64,000 nt of DNA from Gammaproteobacteria bacterium (GTDB lineage Bacteria > Pseudomonadota > Gammaproteobacteria > Ga0077536). This document shows positions 17,818-27,522 of this stretch, piece by piece (position 1 is the stretch's first letter; every line of letters starts with the position of its first letter). The position numbers were made by a program, and so were the translations under genes. The notes beneath the pieces were generated by a model. It was not told the DNA's origin, searched no databases, and worked only from the letters and a program-made list of their open reading frames with translations. The stretch covers positions 24,620 through 88,619 of the forward strand of contig JADLEV010000048.1 in the NCBI GenBank assembly GCA_020845935.1, given 5' to 3'.

Positions 17818-18486
17818 ATGCGCTGTATCCTCGTGCTCAACGCCAAGGGCGGAAGCGGCAAGACGACGATTGCAACCAACCTCGCCGGGTATTACGCCAT
17901 CAAGGGAATTTCCGTTGCGCTGGCGGACCTCGATCCGCAACGTTCCAGCCTCGACTGGCTGGCGGTGCGCCCCGAAGGCAGCCCGGAAATCCGAGCCATC
18001 GACGGCACCGAAGGTCAATTGCGCGTGCCGAAAGGTACCCAGGTCCTGATCGTCGACGCGCCATCGCGCGCGCACGGAACCTTCCTCGAACAACTGGTAC
18101 GCCGGGCGCACACGATCATCATGCCGGTCGTGCCGTCGCCGGTGGATATCCGGGCGGCGATGCGTTTTCTCGGCGAACTGAGTGCATTGCGCAAGGTGCT
18201 CGCGACCGACGTCAAACTCGCGGCGATCGGCAATCGCGTCCGCGAGCGCAGCAACATCGCCAGCGAACTCGACGACTACCTCGACCATCAGCGCCTGCCC
18301 GATGGCCGCAAATTCCCGTACCTGACGATGCTGCGGCAGCACTCCAACTACCTGCGCGCCGCCGAGCGCGGCCTGTCGATCTTCGAGTTCGCACCGGCCG
18401 CGACCGAAACCGACCGCGAGCAATGGCGGCCGCTGCTGCGTTGGCTGAACAGCCCGCACAGCGTACCGGCAGGTTTTGCGGGCTAG
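17818..18486 (+). CDS. orphan ParA/MinD-like ATPase
   Basis: Deviant Walker A LNAKGGSGKTT, then LADLDPQ and IVDAPS. GGAGGAG Shine-Dalgarno before the ATG. No ParB-like gene is adjacent. Confidence 0.85.
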   Translation: MRCILVLNAKGGSGKTTIATNLAGYYAIKGISVALADLDPQRSSLDWLAVRPEGSPEIRAIDGTEGQLRVPKGTQVLIVDAPSRAHGTFLEQLVRRAHTIIMPVVPSPVDIRAAMRFLGELSALRKVLATDVKLAAIGNRVRERSNIASELDDYLDHQRLPDGRKFPYLTMLRQHSNYLRAAERGLSIFEFAPAATETDREQWRPLLRWLNSPHSVPAGFAG

Positions 18487-18550
18487 CAGCCTTGCAGGCG
18501 CCCCGCCACTGCCATCATAATCACCCCGCAAACCTGCAACCGAACCGCCC

Positions 18551-18667
18551 GTGACTGCTTTCGTGACCGACCTCGATGCAACCAACCTGAACCGTCCCCT
18601 GCCCCGGCTCGCCGTGGTCGCGGTCGTCGTCGTTGGCGTCGTTACGCACGCACCGGCGCGGGTCTAG
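18551..18667 (+). CDS. ivbL: ilvBN leader peptide (IvbL-like, Val-rich; 38 codons from GTG)
   Basis: Not in the ORF track because it is under 60 aa. It reads VTAFVTDLDATNLNRPLPRLAVVAVVVVGVVTHAPARV followed by a stop. Nine of 12 consecutive codons are Val, directly upstream of a terminator and ilvB. The start codon is uncertain (GTG at 18551 or 18563, with no good SD). Confidence 0.55.
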   Translation: MTAFVTDLDATNLNRPLPRLAVVAVVVVGVVTHAPARV

Positions 18668-18690
18668 CAGGCACAAGCAAAGCTTCCCGA

Positions 18691-18730
18691 AACCCCCGCC
18701 GGTGCAAACCGGTCGGGGGTTCGCTTTTTT
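18691..18730 (+). terminator. intrinsic terminator / attenuator of ilvBN
   Basis: AACCCCCGCCGGT-GCAAA-CCGGTCGGGGGTT (about 12 bp stem, one bulge) followed by CGCTTTTTT. It lies 55 nt before the ilvB ATG. Confidence 0.65.
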
Positions 18731-18784
18731 CGGACCCTGCGCACCGGCACCGGCAACGAGCCATGCGCAAAGGAGCGTCCGAAC

Positions 18785-20509
18785 ATGTCATTTCGATCCC
18801 CAGCAACTGAAGCGGCCGCTGCCGCGACCGCACCGCAACCGGTGTTTCACGGCAGCGGTGCGGAACTCGTCGTCCGTCTGCTCGAACGCCAGGGCGTCGC
18901 GACCGTCGCCGGCATTCCGGGCGGTGCGATTCTGCCGATCTACGACGCGCTGGCGCGGCGCGGCAGCATCCGGCATGTGCTCAGCCGGCACGAGCAGGGC
19001 GCCGGCTTCATCGCGCAGGGCATGGCCCGTGTCACCGGTCAGCCCGCGGTCTGCCTCGCCTCGTCCGGGCCGGGTGTCACCAATCTGTTGACCGCCATCG
19101 CCGACGCGCGCCTCGATTCGATTCCGCTCGTGGCCATCACCGGTCAGGTGCCACGCGCGCTGATCGGCAGCGATGCCTTTCAGGAGGTCGATGCCTATGG
19201 TCTGACCATGCCGATCACCAAGCACAACTTCCTGGTGACCGCGGTGGCGGAACTCGCCACGGTCCTGCCGCGCGCCTTCGCGATCGCCGCCTCGGGCCGA
19301 CCCGGCCCGGTGTTGATCGATATTCCTAAGGACGTGCAGAACGAAACCCTGACGCTTGCGGCATGGCCCGAGCCCGGCCGCGCGGCGGCACCGCCTCCGG
19401 TCGAGGCCAGCCTGATCAACGCCGCGGCGCGGCTGCTAGAGGAAGCGGCACGGCCGATGCTGTATCTCGGCGGCGGCATCGTGCACGCCGATGCGTCGCG
19501 GCTGGCCGCGGCGATCGCCGAGCGCTGCGACCTGCCGGCGGTGACCAGCCTGATGGCATTGGGCACGCTGCCCGCCGCTCATCCGCTGTGGCTTGGCATG
19601 CTCGGCATGCATGGCACGCGCTGCGCCAATCTCGCGCTCGAAGAGTGCGATCTGCTGTTGGCAGCCGGTTGCCGCTTCGATGACCGCGCGACCGGCAAGG
19701 TCGCCGCGTTCTGTCCCGGCGCCAAGGTGATCCACATCGACATCGACGCCGCCGAGCTCGGCAAGATCCGCCAGCCCGAAGTCGCCATCGGCGGCGATGT
19801 CGCGATGGTGCTGCGCCAATTGCTCGCCGCCGTGCGCCCGGTGGCACGACCGGCGTGGCGCGCGCGCATCGCCGCGTTGCGTGCGCTGCATCCAGCGCAT
19901 TTCCCCGGGGCCGACGACCCGCACACCCCCCATGGCCTCATCAAGGCCATCGCCGCCGCGGCCGGGCCGGAGGCGATCGTCACCACCGACGTCGGCCAGC
20001 ATCAGATGTGGGCGGCGCAGGCCTACCCGACGCTGGCGCCGCGGCGCTGGCTGACCTCCGGCGGTTTCGGCACGATGGGATTCGGTCTGCCGGCTGCGAT
20101 TGGCGCCGCGTTCGCCGCGCCGGATCGCACGATCGTCTGCATTTCCGGCGATGGCTCGATCCTGATGAACATCCAGGAACTCGCGACCGCCGCGGAGGAA
20201 CGACTGAACCTCAAGGTAATCGTGCTGGACAACGGCGCGCTTGGCCTGGTCAGGCAACAGCAGACGCTGTTCTATGGCGGCCGCATCTATGCCTCGCGCG
20301 GCAATGCCGCGATCGATTTTGGCGCGATCGCGCGAGGCTTCGGAATCGCTGCGATCGATCTCGCCGACAGCGTCGATCCCGGCGCGGCGCTCGCCACGGC
20401 GATCGCGACCCCCGGACCGTTCCTGATCCGCGTCCCGATCGACGGCGCCACCGACGTCCTGCCAATGGTGCCTCCGGGCGCCGCCAACCGCGACATGATT
20501 GGAGAATAA
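18785..20509 (+). CDS. ilvB: acetolactate synthase (AHAS) large subunit
   Basis: 574 aa. ThDP motif GDGSILMNIQEL. The N-terminus GAELVVRLLERQGV..GIPGGAILPIYDAL is typical. Confidence 0.9.
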   Translation: MSFRSPATEAAAAATAPQPVFHGSGAELVVRLLERQGVATVAGIPGGAILPIYDALARRGSIRHVLSRHEQGAGFIAQGMARVTGQPAVCLASSGPGVTNLLTAIADARLDSIPLVAITGQVPRALIGSDAFQEVDAYGLTMPITKHNFLVTAVAELATVLPRAFAIAASGRPGPVLIDIPKDVQNETLTLAAWPEPGRAAAPPPVEASLINAAARLLEEAARPMLYLGGGIVHADASRLAAAIAERCDLPAVTSLMALGTLPAAHPLWLGMLGMHGTRCANLALEECDLLLAAGCRFDDRATGKVAAFCPGAKVIHIDIDAAELGKIRQPEVAIGGDVAMVLRQLLAAVRPVARPAWRARIAALRALHPAHFPGADDPHTPHGLIKAIAAAAGPEAIVTTDVGQHQMWAAQAYPTLAPRRWLTSGGFGTMGFGLPAAIGAAFAAPDRTIVCISGDGSILMNIQELATAAEERLNLKVIVLDNGALGLVRQQQTLFYGGRIYASRGNAAIDFGAIARGFGIAAIDLADSVDPGAALATAIATPGPFLIRVPIDGATDVLPMVPPGAANRDMIGE

Positions 20510-20511
20510 CC

Positions 20512-20817
20512 ATGCGCAACGAAGAATCATCCGCCCGGGCACCGGCCCGCACCGTGCTCCAACTCGAAGTCAGCGATCACCCCGGCGTCATGAGCCACGT
20601 CGTCGGCCTGTTCGCCCGGCGCGGTTTCAATCTCGACGGCATCCTCGTGCTGCCCCGCGACACCAGCGCAGCCAGTCGCATCTGGCTGCTGGTTCGCGAC
20701 GAACCGCGTTTGCCGCATCTGCTCAAGGAACTCGCGCGACTTGAAGACGTCGCCACCGTCGTCCGCCGCGATGCCGAGGTCGCGCTGTTCACGCGGATTG
20801 CGGAGACGGTCGCCTGA
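20512..20817 (+). CDS. ilvN: acetolactate synthase small (regulatory) subunit, IlvN type
   Basis: 101 aa starting at the ATG at 20512, 2 nt after the ilvB stop. DHPGVMSHVVGLFARRGFNLDGILVLP...RIWLLV closely parallels E. coli IlvN as I recall it. Confidence 0.85.
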   Translation: MRNEESSARAPARTVLQLEVSDHPGVMSHVVGLFARRGFNLDGILVLPRDTSAASRIWLLVRDEPRLPHLLKELARLEDVATVVRRDAEVALFTRIAETVA

Positions 20818-20974
20818 AAATCGCTATCGAGCCGATGCGTTTGTGATGGTGCGGCACGGGGTTGGTAGCGGTTCCGGAAAACGATCTTGCCGCGCTCTCG
20901 GCGGCACAGGTGTGCGATCCGTTGGAGCGTGTCCGCCGTTGAAAGCGGCTGATTCCAGCCTCATCGTCGCCGCG

Positions 20975-22156
20975 TCACACCCCGCGCGTAGCCGCCAGTT
21001 GCAGACCCTTGCGATAGCACGCCGCCGCTTCGGTGGGTTGCTTCATGCCTTCGTGTGCCTGCGCGAGCAGTTGATAGGCTTCGGCGCTCGGCTGCTGCGC
21101 GAGCAACCGTTGCAGGCGATCGCGCGCCGAGCCCCACAGCGAGCGCGCCAGGTCCAGGCGCCCGAGCGCCAACAACAGCGCCGGATCGTCGGGTCGTGAT
21201 CGCGCCAGCTCTTCCAGGAACCGTTGCTGTTTGCCGGGGTCGTCTCCCGGCAGCATGCAATAGGTTGGGATCAGCGCGGCGTCGGGATTGCGTTGGAGCT
21301 GCTTGCGCAGGATCGCTTCCGCCCGGCCGCCGGCGCCTGCGTGCAGCAAGGCCGCCGCATAGGCGCCGAGCACCTCCGGTTCACGGCGCAAAGCCCGCGG
21401 CATGCGCTCCCAAATCGACTCGACACGGTCCACCGTGGTGGCGTCAGCGAGCAGCGCCGTGACTGCGCGGCGTTCGAGCTGATCGAGTTCGGCCACCGCT
21501 TGGACGCGACGCGAGGTCGGAATGACGTCGTCGAGCAGTTCCTGCCAGGCGCCGGTCGCAACACAGGTCGCGCGCAACAGTCGCAGCACTTCGGCGTTCT
21601 TCGGCGCGAGATGGCGCAGCCGGTCGAGGATCGCGCGGGCCTGCGGCGCGGCCGCGGCGGCCAGCGCAATCTCGGCCTGGCGCAGCCCAATCGCGAGTTC
21701 CGCATCGGGGAGCGTCTCGCGCGCCTGCGTCAGCCAGGTATCGCGTCCGATCGGATCCTGCCGCGCCTCGGCCGCCCGCGCCGCGCCGAGATACAGCAAC
21801 GGCTCGCCGGCATCCGCCTGGATCCCCTGCTGGAACAGCTTGTCGGCATGTGCCCAGTCACCCTCGGCCAGGGCGCGATAGCCGCGCTCCAGTGCCTCGC
21901 GCGCCTTGGCGCGCCGTCGCTGCCGGCGCCAACCGGCAATGCGCGCGCGCAGCGAGATGAGCCGGCCGAGCAGCCAGAGCAACAGGAACACGACCATGCC
22001 GCAGGCCAGCAGCAGCAGGACGAACAACACGAAGCTCATCCGCACCAGCTTCGTGCCATAGCTCAGCACGACGAAACCCGGGTCCTCGGGCAGGAAGCCG
22101 GCGCCGATCACCACCACGATCAGCACCGCGATGCCGAGCAGCGCGTACCTCATCAA
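20975..22156 (-). CDS. hemY: HemY-like heme biosynthesis-associated TPR membrane protein
   Basis: Two N-terminal TM helices followed by TPR-like repeats. It is the last gene of the hemCDXY order. Confidence 0.8.
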   Translation of the reverse strand: MMRYALLGIAVLIVVVIGAGFLPEDPGFVVLSYGTKLVRMSFVLFVLLLLACGMVVFLLLWLLGRLISLRARIAGWRRQRRRAKAREALERGYRALAEGDWAHADKLFQQGIQADAGEPLLYLGAARAAEARQDPIGRDTWLTQARETLPDAELAIGLRQAEIALAAAAAPQARAILDRLRHLAPKNAEVLRLLRATCVATGAWQELLDDVIPTSRRVQAVAELDQLERRAVTALLADATTVDRVESIWERMPRALRREPEVLGAYAAALLHAGAGGRAEAILRKQLQRNPDAALIPTYCMLPGDDPGKQQRFLEELARSRPDDPALLLALGRLDLARSLWGSARDRLQRLLAQQPSAEAYQLLAQAHEGMKQPTEAAACYRKGLQLAATRGV

Positions 22157-23478
22157 AGGGCGGTGCTCGCGGCGTCGGTGCTTGGCGCATCGTCGCCTGG
22201 TGGCGCGGCGGAATCCGTCGCCTGAGGCGTCATGGGTTCGGCAGGCGCCGGCTCCTCGGCAACGGGTTCCGGCGCCGGTGCCCCGGTGATCGTTGGCTCC
22301 GGTAACCTGGTCACGGGCGTCGCATCCCCCGTGCGCGATCGCAGCGCCCGGATCGCATCCAGCGTCGGACCGAGATCGGGCAGCTTCGGACGCAGCTCCG
22401 TGCCTTGCAGCGCACGCAACCGATCGAGCGCGTCGCGCACGCCGGGCGCGGTGACATCGTAGTAATCCTCGAGCAGCGCCACCGTGGTCGTCAGCGACGC
22501 GTGCAGATTGGCGCTGTCGCGCCGCAGCACCGCGAGCCGGGCGCTCGCCAGTTCCTGCCGCAAGGTCTCGCGCGCGAGGCTTTGCCGGACCGGATCCAGC
22601 GCCAGGCGATCGCTCGGCGTGACCTCGCGAATCTCGACCAGCCCGCGCAGGTCTTGCCAGAGCCGCGCCAGCGTGCCACGCCAGCCGCTCGCCGCCGGTT
22701 CAGTGCCCGCGCCGATACCCGGCATCCCGCGGGCCGCGAGCCGCACCGGCCACGTTGCGAGTTGCGACTGCAGGCCGTTGAGGTACAGCGCCAGCCCCGC
22801 GGTATCGGGGGCCGCGACGCCACGCAGCGCGACGATGTTGGCGGCGAGGCGCTCGCGCACCAGGAGCAGATCCGGGTGATCCGCGCTGCGCAGCCGCTCG
22901 TCGGCTCCGGCCACCGCGGCCAGCGCGGTGCCGATGTCCTGTTCCAGCGCGAGGTGCTGACTGGCCGCCAGCACGAGGTATTCGGTATCGGCAAGCACGA
23001 AGTCCCGCTCGGCCAACGGCGATTCCGGATCGAGCGATTGCACGGTTCGATTCAGCGCCGCGACCTCCCGCGCGAGCCGGCGCTCACCGCTTTCCATCGC
23101 CTGGCGCAGATCCGCGTTCTGCGCTTCCAGCGCACGCATCCGGTCGGCCAGCGGGGCAAGCGGCGCGATCTCGCGCTGCAGCGCCTCGAGCCGCGTCTGC
23201 GCTTCGCGTTGCAGTACCTGCCAACGCCAGCTGATGAAAGCCCCGGCGGCGAGCGTGCCGATCAGAATGAAGAGGACGAAAAAGGCAAACCAACGGCCGG
23301 CGCCGCGACGCGGTTTGCCGACGGGCGGGGGCGCCGTGGGCGTTGTTGCCGCGGGCGGTGCGGCGGTGGTTCCGGGATTCGACGTCGGATCCGGGGCCGG
23401 ATTGGTCGCCGGGTCCGGTTGCAGTTCAGGGACCGGATCGGTTGCCGCGGGATCGTCCGCTGCGTTCACATTCATCAA
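22153..23478 (-). CDS. hemX: HemX-like membrane protein
   Basis: Pro/Ala-rich N-terminus, a single TM helix and a coiled-coil region. It sits between hemD and hemY and overlaps hemY by 4 nt. Confidence 0.75.
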   Translation of the reverse strand: MMNVNAADDPAATDPVPELQPDPATNPAPDPTSNPGTTAAPPAATTPTAPPPVGKPRRGAGRWFAFFVLFILIGTLAAGAFISWRWQVLQREAQTRLEALQREIAPLAPLADRMRALEAQNADLRQAMESGERRLAREVAALNRTVQSLDPESPLAERDFVLADTEYLVLAASQHLALEQDIGTALAAVAGADERLRSADHPDLLLVRERLAANIVALRGVAAPDTAGLALYLNGLQSQLATWPVRLAARGMPGIGAGTEPAASGWRGTLARLWQDLRGLVEIREVTPSDRLALDPVRQSLARETLRQELASARLAVLRRDSANLHASLTTTVALLEDYYDVTAPGVRDALDRLRALQGTELRPKLPDLGPTLDAIRALRSRTGDATPVTRLPEPTITGAPAPEPVAEEPAPAEPMTPQATDSAAPPGDDAPSTDAASTAL

Positions 23479-23484
23479 GGCAGC

Positions 23485-24267
23485 CTACAGGCCACCTTCG
23501 GCCCACTCGATCAGGGATTGGACGACACGGTGGTCGGCCGGATTCGCAGCCACGATGGGCTTGCTGGTGAACGGGTGCATTTCGACCTCCTGCGCGATGC
23601 GGCGGCTGATGACGAGGGGCTGGATGCCATAGAACTGCTCCACCTGCTCCTCGGCGATCTTCTCGACAAAGTTCTCCAATCCTTCGACGCTGGTGAGCAC
23701 CACGACGTCCGGCACCTGACCATCGTTGCGGCGCAGCACCTCGGCGAGCGATGTGTCCGGGACATAGCGCTGGTACACCTCGCAGTACGCGACATGCGCG
23801 CCCCGCGCGGTCAGTTCGGTCGCGAGCAACTCACGGCCGGTGCCGCCGCGAAAGATGACGACATGCTTGCCGGCCACCTTGGCCAGCGCCGGCAGCGCCA
23901 GCAGGCTTTCCGAGTTGAAACCGGTACCCGGCGTCTGCACCCTCGCGACGCCAAGCGCCTTGAGCCGGGCCGCGGTGCCAAGGCCAACCGCGAAGACCGT
24001 CAGTCCGGACAAATCCTTGCCCGCTTCCCGCAGGAACGCAAACACGAAATCGACCGCATTGCGGCTGGTGAATACCGCGAGGTCGAAGCTCGCGAGACGA
24101 TCGATCACCGCCCGCGCCGGCGCAGCATCGTCGATCGCGCGGATCCCCACCATCGGTGCGTTCAGTGACTTGCCTCCGGCGCGCCTGATGGCGGCCTCCA
24201 GCACGTCGCTCTGCTGCGCCGGCCTGGTGACAAGGATGGTGTAGCCGGACAATGGTTTGTCACTCAT
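23485..24267 (-). CDS. hemD: uroporphyrinogen-III synthase
   Basis: 260 aa. ILVTRPAQQ start and two-lobed HEM4 pattern. Located downstream of hemC. Confidence 0.85.
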   Translation of the reverse strand: MSDKPLSGYTILVTRPAQQSDVLEAAIRRAGGKSLNAPMVGIRAIDDAAPARAVIDRLASFDLAVFTSRNAVDFVFAFLREAGKDLSGLTVFAVGLGTAARLKALGVARVQTPGTGFNSESLLALPALAKVAGKHVVIFRGGTGRELLATELTARGAHVAYCEVYQRYVPDTSLAEVLRRNDGQVPDVVVLTSVEGLENFVEKIAEEQVEQFYGIQPLVISRRIAQEVEMHPFTSKPIVAANPADHRVVQSLIEWAEGGL

Positions 24268-24336
24268 GCTTCAATCGGTCAATCTCGGTTACAACCATGG
24301 GTTGCGACGGCGTTGCCCGTCCGTTGTACCCGCCAG

Positions 24337-25284
24337 TTACTTCTGCTTATCAACATTGCTCTGTTGCAGCGCTGCGATCAAGGCACCGCCGCCCTGCCGC
24401 AACATGCGCTCACCGAGCATCCGGCCGAGTCGCTCGGCCTCAGCGGGCGCACCGCTGATGGCGTCCCGCAGAATGTGCTCGCCCGATTCGTCGCCCACCA
24501 GTGCGGTGATCCGAAGCACGCCACCGTGCAACACCGCATGCCCCGCTATCGGCAGATGGCAACCACCCTCCAGCGCCGTGTTGACGGCCCGCTCGGCAAG
24601 CACGCAGGTCGTCGTTGCCGGATCGGCGAGCGGCGCCAGCAGTGCGTGCACCGCGACATCGTCGGCACGGCACTCGATGCCAATCGCGCCCTGCGCGATG
24701 GCCGGAACGAGGACGTCCGTGGCGAACGGTTGCCGCATTGCGGCGGTGAGCCCGAGTCGATCGAGTCCGGCGGCGGCAAGGACGATCGCGTCGTAGTCTC
24801 CGGTGCGCAGCTTGCCGAGCCGCGTATCGATGTTGCCGCGCAGATTCGCGAAGCGCACATCCCGCCGCAACGCCTGCAACTGGCTGCGGCGCCGCAGGCT
24901 CGAAGTGCCGACCAGAGACGCCGCGGGCAAGGCCTCGAACGAGGCATGCGCCTGCGACAGGAACACGTCACGCGCATCCGCGCGCGCGAGGATTGCCGGA
25001 ATCGCCAGCGCCTGCGGCAATTCGATCGGCACATCCTTCATCGAGTGAACCGCGAGGTCCGCGCGCCGGTCCAACAACGCGTGTTCGAGTTCCTTGATGA
25101 ACAACCCCTTGCCGCCGGCCTGCGCGAGCGGCGCGTCGAGAAAGCGATCGCCCTCGGTGCGCATGGCCAGCAGTTCGACGTGCAGATCCTGATGCAGCGA
25201 CTGCAATCGTGCGCGCACATGTTCCGCCTGCCACAACGCCAGGCGGCTTTGTCTGGTCGCGATGGTCAGCGTGCGCGGCTTCAA
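24337..25284 (-). CDS. hemC: hydroxymethylbilane synthase (porphobilinogen deaminase)
   Basis: IATRQSRLALWQAEHV, GGKGLFIKELE, AVHSMKDVP and SLRRRSQL are all present. Confidence 0.92.
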   Translation of the reverse strand: MKPRTLTIATRQSRLALWQAEHVRARLQSLHQDLHVELLAMRTEGDRFLDAPLAQAGGKGLFIKELEHALLDRRADLAVHSMKDVPIELPQALAIPAILARADARDVFLSQAHASFEALPAASLVGTSSLRRRSQLQALRRDVRFANLRGNIDTRLGKLRTGDYDAIVLAAAGLDRLGLTAAMRQPFATDVLVPAIAQGAIGIECRADDVAVHALLAPLADPATTTCVLAERAVNTALEGGCHLPIAGHAVLHGGVLRITALVGDESGEHILRDAISGAPAEAERLGRMLGERMLRQGGGALIAALQQSNVDKQK

Positions 25285-25540
25285 GCAAATCGTCTCGTCA
25301 GATCAATGGTTGGCGAAGTACCGTCAGCACAACGGTACGCGGTGCTGTCGATGGCGCCAGGCTGGTGCCTCGCGATGGTGCTTGCGAGGAGTTCGTCACC
25401 AGCCGGCGACGCTCGGATCCTACCTCGCGACAGCGACCACATTCGAGCCCGCGCAGCCGCACCACACCGTGCGCCGTCGCCGGCAGGCGTATGCTAAGGT
25501 GTGACGAGAGCTCGATCAATTGATGCCGCGATTGCCTGAC

Positions 25541-26500
25541 ATGACGATCACACTCGGTGTCGTGATGGATCCGATCGGCACGATCAATCCAAAGAAAGAC
25601 ACCACCCTCGGCCTGTTGCGCGCGGCGCAGCAGCGCGGCTGGCGGCTGCGCTACATGGAACTCGCCGACCTGCAGTTGCGTGATGGCGATGCCTTTGCGC
25701 GGATGCGGGCGTTGACCGTCACCGAATCGTCACAGGCGTGGTACCGGTTCGACGATGACGGCGAATCACTGCCGCTGGCCAGCCTCGACGTGATCCTGAT
25801 GCGCAAGGATCCGCCGTTCGACACCGAATACATCTTCGCGACCTATCTGCTGGAACGCGCGCAGGCTGCCGGCTGCCTGGTGGTCAACGATCCGCGCGGC
25901 CTGCGCGATGCCAATGAAAAGCTGTTCACCGCCTGGTTCCCGCAGTGCTGCGCGCCGACGCTGGTGGCGCGGCGCAAGGACGACTTTCGCGCCTTCGTCG
26001 CAACCCATGGCGATGCGGTGATCAAGCCGCTCGACGGCATGGGTGGCGCTTCGATCTTCCGGATCCGCGACGGCGATCCGAATACCAGCGTGATACTCGA
26101 AACGCTGACCGATCACGAACGCCGCTACGCGATGATGCAACGCTATCTGCCGGAGATCCGCGATGGTGACAAGCGCATCCTGCTGATCGATGGCGAACCG
26201 GCACCGTACGCCTTGGCGCGGATCCCGGCACCGGGCGAGTTGCGCGGCAATCTTGCGGCCGGCGGCCATGGCGAGGGCCGAGCCCTGACCGATCGCGATC
26301 GCTGGATCTGCATGCAGGTCGGAGCGGAGCTGAAGGCGCGTGGCCTGCTGTTCGTCGGCCTCGACGTGATCGGCGATTTCCTCACCGAGATCAATGTCAC
26401 GAGCCCGACCTGCATGCGCGAGCTGGAGACACAGTACGGCCTCGCGATCGCCGACCAGGTGCTCGACGCGATCACGTCGCGGCTTGGCGCGCGCGCATGA
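25541..26500 (+). CDS. gshB: glutathione synthetase
   Basis: MTITLGVVMDPIGTINPKKDTTLGLL matches the canonical GshB N-terminus. The ATP-grasp C-terminal half is present. The ATG at 25541 is preferred over the track's 25520. Confidence 0.9.
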   Translation: MTITLGVVMDPIGTINPKKDTTLGLLRAAQQRGWRLRYMELADLQLRDGDAFARMRALTVTESSQAWYRFDDDGESLPLASLDVILMRKDPPFDTEYIFATYLLERAQAAGCLVVNDPRGLRDANEKLFTAWFPQCCAPTLVARRKDDFRAFVATHGDAVIKPLDGMGGASIFRIRDGDPNTSVILETLTDHERRYAMMQRYLPEIRDGDKRILLIDGEPAPYALARIPAPGELRGNLAAGGHGEGRALTDRDRWICMQVGAELKARGLLFVGLDVIGDFLTEINVTSPTCMRELETQYGLAIADQVLDAITSRLGARA

Positions 26501-27522
26501 GGCTTGCCGGCATGCCGGAGCAGTTCGAGTGGTCGCCGCCGCGCGAGGTCGGCGCCGGCGATCGGCTTGCGCTGACGGTGTGCCTTTCGCTGTTGCTGCA
26601 TGCGATGCTGGTGCTCGGCGTCGGCTTTTCGTCGGAACCGAAACCGCTGGCGTCGCTCAGCTCGCTCGAAGTGATCCTCGTGAATCAGTTCAGCGAGCAG
26701 GCCCCGAAAGACGCCAAGTTGCTCGCGCAGCGCAGTCTCGAGGGCGGTGGTGACGAAGACGTTCCGGAACGGCCGGCCGCACCGCTGACCGCGCCGTTTC
26801 CGGATCCGGAACCGAACGTCACGGCAGTGCCGGTGCCACAACTCGAAGCACGCGCTCCGCAACGGGCGGCGGAAGATGCGCCGGACCGCGAGGCCAGCAA
26901 TGACATGCCGCATGATGCGGCGGACGACAAGGCGCACGAGGATCCCGTGCTCGCGAGTGAGCGTGCCGATCCCGAGTGGCTGCGGCCCCAGAGCGATACA
27001 CGCCCCGGATCCGAGAATCCGGTGCAGGACGCGCGGCCGCAGCAGCCGCAACCGGAGGTTGCGGAGCGACCGTTGCCGAGCGCGGCACAGCTGCTGACCA
27101 GTTCCTTCGCGCTCGCCAGCCTGAATGCCGAGTTGCAGCAAAAGCTGCAAGCGCGTGCCGAGCGGCCGCGGCACAGGTACATTTCCGCGAGCACGCAGGA
27201 ATATCGCTACGCCGCCTACATGGATGCGTGGCGCGCCAAGGTCGAACGCATCGGCAATCTGAACTACCCCGACGAGGCTCGTCGCCGCGGCATCTCCGGC
27301 AGTCTGGTGCTCGACGTCGCGTTGAATCAGGATGGCAGCATCCGCGAAATCTCGATTCGCCGCCCGTCGGGTCACGACTTTCTGGACCAGGCGGCCATCC
27401 GCATCGTCGAACTGGCCGGGCCGTATGCACCGCTGCCGCCCGACATCGCCCGCGAGGTCGATGTGCTGCACATCACCCGCACCTGGCAATTCCGCAACGA
27501 AGGCAGCTTCGGCTCGAGGTGA
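26497..27522 (+). CDS. TonB-family energy transducer
   Basis: N-terminal TM helix, a Pro/Glu-rich spacer, and the TonB C-terminal domain YPDEARRRGISGSLVLDVALNQDGSI. ATGA overlap with gshB. Confidence 0.8.
   Translation: MRLAGMPEQFEWSPPREVGAGDRLALTVCLSLLLHAMLVLGVGFSSEPKPLASLSSLEVILVNQFSEQAPKDAKLLAQRSLEGGGDEDVPERPAAPLTAPFPDPEPNVTAVPVPQLEARAPQRAAEDAPDREASNDMPHDAADDKAHEDPVLASERADPEWLRPQSDTRPGSENPVQDARPQQPQPEVAERPLPSAAQLLTSSFALASLNAELQQKLQARAERPRHRYISASTQEYRYAAYMDAWRAKVERIGNLNYPDEARRRGISGSLVLDVALNQDGSIREISIRRPSGHDFLDQAAIRIVELAGPYAPLPPDIAREVDVLHITRTWQFRNEGSFGSR

Noticed and set aside
17818-18486. ParA-like gene as a carboxysome-positioning McdA because prk is nearby
   Set aside because: There are no carboxysome or RuBisCO genes and no McdB-like gene downstream (the ilvBN leader follows). 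The idea has no sequence support.
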